Below are positions 58,627 to 64,000 of a stretch of 64,000 nt of DNA, in pieces. Position 1 is the first letter of the stretch. The number at the start of each line of letters is the position of its first letter. The notes under the pieces were generated by a model. The model was not told the DNA's origin and searched no databases. It worked only from the letters and a program-made list of their open reading frames with translations. The translations under genes and the position numbers were made by a program. The stretch comes from an uncultured delta proteobacterium (GTDB lineage: Bacteria; Myxococcota; Myxococcia; Myxococcales; Myxococcaceae). The stretch covers positions 224,001 through 288,000 of the forward strand of contig CAVZMH010000019.1 in assembly GCA_963776345.1 (NCBI GenBank). The letters are read 5' to 3'.

Positions 58627-59913
58627 CTAGCGCTGCGGCATCGCGCTGGAGGCCCTAGCCTTCTTCTGGGCGTCCGAATCCTCAAGGAATTTCTTCACCC
58701 TGGGCACGGCCGGGTCGTCGGCCGAGGCGAGCTCGAGGAACCGGCGGTAGTGGGTCTCGGCCTGGCCGGTGTCCCCACCCCGGGCGTAGGAGGTGGCCAG
58801 CATCAGGTGGCATCGGGGGTGGTTGCGTTCGAGCGCGAGGCAGCGCTCGAAGCGCCCCGTCGCCTCGCCCACGTTCCCCCCATCGTAGAGGGTCTTGCCC
58901 TCGCGGTAGAGCCGCTCGACGTCGGCGGCGCTGGCGGCCCGGGGCTGGGCCTTCCTGGGGGCCTTGAGCGCGGCGGCAATCTCCGCGCGGAGCTCGGCCA
59001 CCTCCGGTGCCCAGGCCCGGCTGCTCCGCGCCGGCGCCAGCTTCTTCAGCGCGGCCGATGGCCGGCCCAGGCCCAGCTCCCGGCGCGCGCTCTTCACCGC
59101 TCGTCCGGCGGCCGCCTCGGCCCGCCACGTCCTCCGCAGACTCTGCGTCTCCGCCTGGTAGGCGCGGTCCCGGACCGAGCCCAGCATCCGCAGCGCCCGA
59201 TCGAAGTCGCGGGCCTCGGCGGCGGCGCGCGCGGCCGCCAGCCACTCGGTGGGGGTGCTCGGGCGCGTGGCGGACACGGTGGGCGGGTTCAGCTCCAGCG
59301 GCGGTGGCTCGGCGGGAGACGGGGGAGGCACGTCCGCCACCACCTCGGGCGTGGGCGGCGGCGGGACCGCGCTGCGGACCCGCGACGCCTCGCCTTCGCG
59401 CGACCGCAGCATCAGCGCGGCGCCGAGCCCGAGGACGAGACCGAGCCCCGCCACGCCCAGCACGCGCCGGGAACGGAAGACCCGGGGCTCGAGCTCGACC
59501 GGAAAGCTCGGCGCCGGCTCCAGCGGGCCAAGGAGCACTGGGTGGGGGGCGGTGTCGGCCAGCACGTCGCCCCGGGCGACGGCCGGGGGCTCGGGCGTCC
59601 GGGGCAGCGGCACCTCGAGCGGCACCCCGTCCGGGCGGAGTGCCACGCCGTAGTCGCCGATCCTCACCAGATCTCCGTCGCGGATCGGGACCGGCTCGGT
59701 GATGCGCACCCCGTTCACCTGGGTGCCGTTGGCGCTCTGGAGGTCCTCGAGCAGGACGGCCCCGCTCCGCTGGAGCAGCCGGGCGTGACGGCGCGAGACG
59801 TTCCGTTCGGGCAGGTGGACGACGTTGTCCTCCCGCCGTCCGATGGTGACTTCCTCGCGGTCGAGGGGGACCTCCTGGCGGTGCCCCTCGTCGTCTTCGA
59901 TGACCAGCTTCAC
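58627..59913 (-). CDS. FHA-domain, TM and TPR-containing protein
   Basis: IGR..DN, VSRRHA, DLQSANGT.VNG FHA motifs; TM helix; C-terminal TPR. Confidence 0.88.
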   Translation of the reverse strand: MKLVIEDDEGHRQEVPLDREEVTIGRREDNVVHLPERNVSRRHARLLQRSGAVLLEDLQSANGTQVNGVRITEPVPIRDGDLVRIGDYGVALRPDGVPLEVPLPRTPEPPAVARGDVLADTAPHPVLLGPLEPAPSFPVELEPRVFRSRRVLGVAGLGLVLGLGAALMLRSREGEASRVRSAVPPPPTPEVVADVPPPSPAEPPPLELNPPTVSATRPSTPTEWLAAARAAAEARDFDRALRMLGSVRDRAYQAETQSLRRTWRAEAAAGRAVKSARRELGLGRPSAALKKLAPARSSRAWAPEVAELRAEIAAALKAPRKAQPRAASAADVERLYREGKTLYDGGNVGEATGRFERCLALERNHPRCHLMLATSYARGGDTGQAETHYRRFLELASADDPAVPRVKKFLEDSDAQKKARASSAMPQR

Positions 59914-59966
59914 GGGTCCACCAGGCCCCTCCCCCGAGCCGGCCCCATGCTACAAGGCGCGGCCTC

Positions 59967-62258
59967 ATGAACGTGAGGGAAGGTGAGGTCCTCCAGCCGG
60001 GCATCGCCGAGTCGCTGCTGGGGGATCGCGTCGTCCGCCATCCGCTCGTCCGCCGCCTGCTCGCGATCGACGCGGAGCGCCGCCTGGTGCTGATGTCGTT
60101 GCTGGTCGGAGCACTGGTGTTCGTTCCCTACGTCGGCGCCGTCGGGCTCTGGGACCCCTGGGAGTCGCACTACGGCGAGGTCGCCCGGGAGATGATCGCC
60201 CGGAACGACTACGTGCATCCGTACTGGGAGAGCAGCTGGTTCTTCTCCAAGCCGCCGCTCACCATGTGGATGGACGTGCCAGGCATGGCGCTGGTCGGGA
60301 CCAACCGGACCGCCGGGAAGCTGGCGCTCTACACCGAATGGGCCACGCGGATGCCCTTCGTCCTCCTGGTGCTCGCCTCGCTGGCGCTGCTGGCGCTCGC
60401 CCTGGGCCGGACGGTGAACCACCGGGTGGGGCTGGCCAGCACGGTGGTGCTCGCCACCATGCCCCTCTTCTTCCTCGTCACCCGGCAGGTGGTCACCGAC
60501 ACGCCGTTCGTCGCCACGCTGATCGCCGCGATGGCCTGCGCCATCATCGCCCTCTTCGACGAGCGGACCCGGCACCGGACCGGGTGGTGGATGGCGTTCT
60601 ACGTGTTCTGCGGGCTGTCCACGCTGGCCAAGGGGCTCCTCGGCGTGGGCCTGCCGGCGGTCATCCTCCTCGCCTACGCGCTGGCCTGCGTCTTCCCCTG
60701 GGACGAGGCGGGCCGCGCCACCCACTGGCGGTGGATGACCAGCTCGGCGTACCGGAAGGCGGTCGCGGCGGGGACGGAGCCGATGCCCGTGCTCTTCGCC
60801 GAGATGTCGCGGATGCGGCTGCTGGCCGGGATCGGGGTGTTCCTGGCCGTCGCCGGTCCCTGGTACGCCGTGATGTGCGCCTTCCCCGACGTGGACAACG
60901 AGGGGAAGACGTTCTTCTACCGCTTCTTCATCCACGACCACCTGAACCGCCTGGTGGAGGGCGTGCACACCACCACCCCGGGCGGGACGTTCATCTACTT
61001 CATCGAGCAGGGGGGTTACGCCATCTTCCCCTGGGTGGCTCTCTTGCCCGGCGCGCTGGCCCTGGTCTCGCCCCTGCGCCTGCGCCAGCTGGACGTGCGA
61101 GGCCGGGTGGCGTTCATCGCCCTCATCTGGGCGCTCTTCACCTTCCTCCTGATGGACGCCTCGGCGACCAAGTTCCACCACTACGTCCTCCCTGTCCTGC
61201 CCGGGGTGGCGATCCTCATCGCGCTCTACATCGACCGGCTGTGGGAGGATGGACCGGCGCCGCACGCGGTGCCGCTGCTGCTCGGCGCGGTGCTGTTCTT
61301 CCTGGTGGCGAAGGACCTCGCCACCACGCCCAAGGACTTCACCGACCTCTTCGTCTACAACTACGAGCGCGCCTACCCGCACGAGCTGGACAGCCGGCCG
61401 GTGGTCTTCGGCTGGTCGCGCCGGCCGCTCATGTCCGGTGACCTGGTCGCCGCGGTGCTGCTCGCGGTGGGCGCCTGGATGACGGTCGGCGCCGGCGGAC
61501 AGGACCGGGCCGAGAAGCTGAAGACGCGGATGCCCGGCCTCCTGGTCGGCGCGGTGGGCCTGACCGCGCTGGGGACGACCAGCATCCCGACCCTGGTGAG
61601 CCCGATGACCGTGCTCGGCTTCCTGGTGCTCGCGGCCGCGGCCCTGGTGCTCTGGGGCGCGATGAGCGGCCCGAGCCCGCACCGCCGCTCGGCGGTCGAG
61701 GTCGCGGTGGTGGGCGCGGTCGTCGGCGCGCTCCTCCTCGGCCTCCCGTCCCTGTCGCCGCGGGTGAACACCCTGGCGCTCAACCTCCGGGCTCCGGTGA
61801 ATCTGAAGATGGGGATGATCTGGGCCTTCACGCTCGGCGGGGTGGCCGCGGCGATCGCGGCGGTGCGGGGGTCGCGCGCCGGCCTGGTGGGGAGCTTCGG
61901 GGCGCTGGCGATGGGGTTCGCGCTCTGGTTCAGCTGGAGCCACTGGGTGGACCTGAGCCACCACTGGACGCAGCGGGACCTGTTCTGGCGCTACTACGAT
62001 CGCCGGAACCCCGGCGAGCCCATCGTCGCGTACATGATGGACTGGAAGGGCGAGACCTTCTACAGCAAGAACACCGTCAAGCAGATCAAGGACAGCCCTG
62101 CCCGCATGGCCGCCTTCGCCAACCTGCCGGGCCGCAAGTGGGCGCTGGTCGAGCACCCGCGGCTGGGGCTGCTCCGCCAGGCGGTGGGCCCGGAGCACCG
62201 CATCGAGCAGGTGGACCGGGATCTCAACGTGAAGTTCGTTCTGGTCACCATCGATTGA
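59967..62258 (+). CDS. ArnT-like (GT-C) membrane glycosyltransferase
   Basis: LWDPWESHYGEVAREM, FFSKPPL, LAKG, TKFHHYVLP; many TM helices. Confidence 0.85.
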   Translation: MNVREGEVLQPGIAESLLGDRVVRHPLVRRLLAIDAERRLVLMSLLVGALVFVPYVGAVGLWDPWESHYGEVAREMIARNDYVHPYWESSWFFSKPPLTMWMDVPGMALVGTNRTAGKLALYTEWATRMPFVLLVLASLALLALALGRTVNHRVGLASTVVLATMPLFFLVTRQVVTDTPFVATLIAAMACAIIALFDERTRHRTGWWMAFYVFCGLSTLAKGLLGVGLPAVILLAYALACVFPWDEAGRATHWRWMTSSAYRKAVAAGTEPMPVLFAEMSRMRLLAGIGVFLAVAGPWYAVMCAFPDVDNEGKTFFYRFFIHDHLNRLVEGVHTTTPGGTFIYFIEQGGYAIFPWVALLPGALALVSPLRLRQLDVRGRVAFIALIWALFTFLLMDASATKFHHYVLPVLPGVAILIALYIDRLWEDGPAPHAVPLLLGAVLFFLVAKDLATTPKDFTDLFVYNYERAYPHELDSRPVVFGWSRRPLMSGDLVAAVLLAVGAWMTVGAGGQDRAEKLKTRMPGLLVGAVGLTALGTTSIPTLVSPMTVLGFLVLAAAALVLWGAMSGPSPHRRSAVEVAVVGAVVGALLLGLPSLSPRVNTLALNLRAPVNLKMGMIWAFTLGGVAAAIAAVRGSRAGLVGSFGALAMGFALWFSWSHWVDLSHHWTQRDLFWRYYDRRNPGEPIVAYMMDWKGETFYSKNTVKQIKDSPARMAAFANLPGRKWALVEHPRLGLLRQAVGPEHRIEQVDRDLNVKFVLVTID

Positions 62259-63175
62259 GCCGCATCGAGGTCCGCTCGCTGTCCAAGCAGTTCGGCCCGC
62301 GCACCGCGGTGGAGGGGCTCGACTTCGACGTCGCCGCGGGCGAGGTGTTCGGGCTGCTCGGACCGAACGGCGCGGGGAAGACCACCACCGTGCGGATGCT
62401 GACCGGGCTCCTCCGTCCCTCGTCCGGACGGGCCACGGTGTGCGGGGTGCCGCTCGACGGCGACGGCGAGGCGCTGCGCTCGCGGGTGGGGCTCCTCACC
62501 GAGCAGCCCGGCCTGTACGACCGGCTCACCGCGCGGGAGAACCTGCGCTTCTTCCTCAAGCTCCACCACCGCGACACCGCCCTGGCCTGGGAGGCGGCCC
62601 GCCGCTGGATGCAGCGCTTCGGGCTGGGCGGCCGCGAGGACGAGCCCTGCGGCACCTTCAGCAAGGGGATGCGGCAGAAGCTGGCGCTGGTCCGGGCGCT
62701 GCTCCACGACCCGCAGGCCATCTTCCTCGACGAGCCCACCAGCGGCCTGGACCCGGAGTCGGCGCGGGCGGTGCGCGAGGCGGTGGGCGAGCTCGCCGCC
62801 GAGGGCCGCACGGTGGTGCTCTGCTCGCACAACATGTCGGAGGTGGAGCGGCTCTGCGCCCGGGTGGCGGTGGTGAAGGGGCGCCTCCTCGCGGTGGGCA
62901 CGGTGCCGGAGCTCCGGCGGCAGACCGGGGTGGTGGAGATCCACGTCGAGGGAAGCGCCGGCGCCGCGGGCGAGGCGCTCGGCCCCCTCGTGCCGCCCTG
63001 CGTGTGGGTGGCCGAGGGGCACGCGCTCCGGGTCACCCTCGAGGGCGGCGTGGCCATCCCCGACGTCGTCGCGCTCCTGGCGCAGGCCCGGGTGCGCATC
63101 CACGCCGTGCTCCCGGCGCAGCGCGCGCTCGAGGACGTCTACCTCGAGCTCACCCGGACGGCGGAGACCACGTGA
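62255..63175 (+). CDS. ABC transporter ATP-binding protein
   Basis: GPNGAGKTT, FSKGMRQK, FLDEPTSGLD, SH switch. Confidence 0.93.
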   Translation: MSRIEVRSLSKQFGPRTAVEGLDFDVAAGEVFGLLGPNGAGKTTTVRMLTGLLRPSSGRATVCGVPLDGDGEALRSRVGLLTEQPGLYDRLTARENLRFFLKLHHRDTALAWEAARRWMQRFGLGGREDEPCGTFSKGMRQKLALVRALLHDPQAIFLDEPTSGLDPESARAVREAVGELAAEGRTVVLCSHNMSEVERLCARVAVVKGRLLAVGTVPELRRQTGVVEIHVEGSAGAAGEALGPLVPPCVWVAEGHALRVTLEGGVAIPDVVALLAQARVRIHAVLPAQRALEDVYLELTRTAETT

Positions 63176-63972
63176 GCTTCCGGACGCACCGGGCGCTGGC
63201 GGTGGCCTGGAAGGAGGCGCTGGACCTCCGGAAGAACCCCGGACTCCTGGCGAGCATGCTCGCCCTGCCGGCGGTTCTGGTGGTCGTCCCGACGCTGGTG
63301 GTGTGGAGCTACGTGCGGCACCCGGACGACGTGTCGTTCCGCACCATCGCGCTCTACTACGATCCCAACCTCCCGCTCTCGACGAACGCGGCCCGCTTCC
63401 TCATCGACAAGCTGCTCGCCGACTGGTTCGGGCTGTTCCTGCTCATGCCGGTGTTCGTGCCGATCCTCATCTCCTCGCAGAGCGTGGCCGGCGAGAAGGA
63501 ACGGCGCACGCTCGAGCCGCTGCTCGCCTCGCCGGTGAGCGCCGCCGAGCTGGTGGCGGGGAAGAGCCTGGCCTCGGTGGTGCCGGCGGTGGCCATCTCC
63601 TGGCTGGCGTTCGTCGCCTTCGCCATCGCGGTGGACGCCGTCGCCTGGCCGCTGGTCCAGGGCCCGGTGCTCCCCAACGCCATGTGGCTGTTCGGGGTGG
63701 GCGTGGTGGCGCCGCTGTTCGCCTTCCTGGGCAACGGCCTGGCGGTTCTGGTCTCGGCGCGCGTGGGCGAGGCCCGGATGGCGCAGCAGCTGTCGGCCCT
63801 GGTGGTGCTTCCGCTGATGGGCCTGGTGGGCGGGCAGCTCGCGGGGTGGATCCGCGCCGGCACCGGGTACTACGCAGTGCAGGGCGCGGTGGTGCTGGTG
63901 CTCGACATCCTGCTCCTCCGGGCCAGCGTCCGGCTGTTCGATCGCGAGCGGCTGGTCAGCCGCTGGACCTGA
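63172..63972 (+). CDS. ABC-2 type exporter permease
   Basis: GEKERRTLEPLLASP...GK motif; six TM helices. Confidence 0.9.
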   Translation: MSFRTHRALAVAWKEALDLRKNPGLLASMLALPAVLVVVPTLVVWSYVRHPDDVSFRTIALYYDPNLPLSTNAARFLIDKLLADWFGLFLLMPVFVPILISSQSVAGEKERRTLEPLLASPVSAAELVAGKSLASVVPAVAISWLAFVAFAIAVDAVAWPLVQGPVLPNAMWLFGVGVVAPLFAFLGNGLAVLVSARVGEARMAQQLSALVVLPLMGLVGGQLAGWIRAGTGYYAVQGAVVLVLDILLLRASVRLFDRERLVSRWT

Positions 63973-64000
63973 AATCTGGGGCCGGGGCGTCCGGCACCCG

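Noticed and set aside
1..64000. Many long overlapping or antisense ORFs (e.g. 5393-7921+, 11021-13897-, 38436-41849-, 59910-62198-)
   Set aside because: Arg/Gly/Pro-rich shadow frames expected at very high GC; they have no motifs and overlap well-supported genes.
1..64000. tRNA, rRNA, CRISPR array, retron or defence systems
   Set aside because: No recognisable signatures by eye; a covariance-model or HMM scan would be needed to exclude divergent cases.

Overview
Very GC-rich chromosomal segment, almost certainly from a myxobacterium (Myxococcota): it carries carD-carG, a DigR-like regulator, Pkn-type kinase, PilZ and FHA/TPR genes. Left part (1-10.3 kb): an aldehyde dehydrogenase and a redox/efflux module (two zinc-finger thioredoxins, a YgaP/DUF2892 protein, an ECF sigma factor fused to a ZAS zinc domain, a tandemly duplicated cupin gene, and a TolC-MFP-RND pump). 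Four copies of an ECF-like promoter motif, GAA(C/T)C-N16/17-GCTCTCA, link this module. Middle part (10-33 kb): an ALDH/GlnA-like/Fe-ADH operon, a GT-C glycosyltransferase, a LuxR plus flavin monooxygenase pair, carG-carD (with an H1-like tail), a kinase, an acyl-CoA dehydrogenase, a second ECF operon and a small RpoN-box remnant. Right part (33-55 kb): a complete dcw cluster (mraZ to ftsZ) with a STAS gene after mraZ, a 3.1-kb insertion between murC and murB, and a shared ~60-bp element upstream of both ftsQ and ftsZ. The end of the window holds biotin carboxylase/BCCP/crotonase, a DigR-like regulator, an FHA-TPR protein, an ArnT-like transferase and an ABC exporter. Five single frameshifts and the indel-rich duplication suggest an imperfectly polished assembly. 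No rRNA, tRNA, CRISPR array or transposase was recognised. All calls come from reading motifs by eye; no database searches were run.
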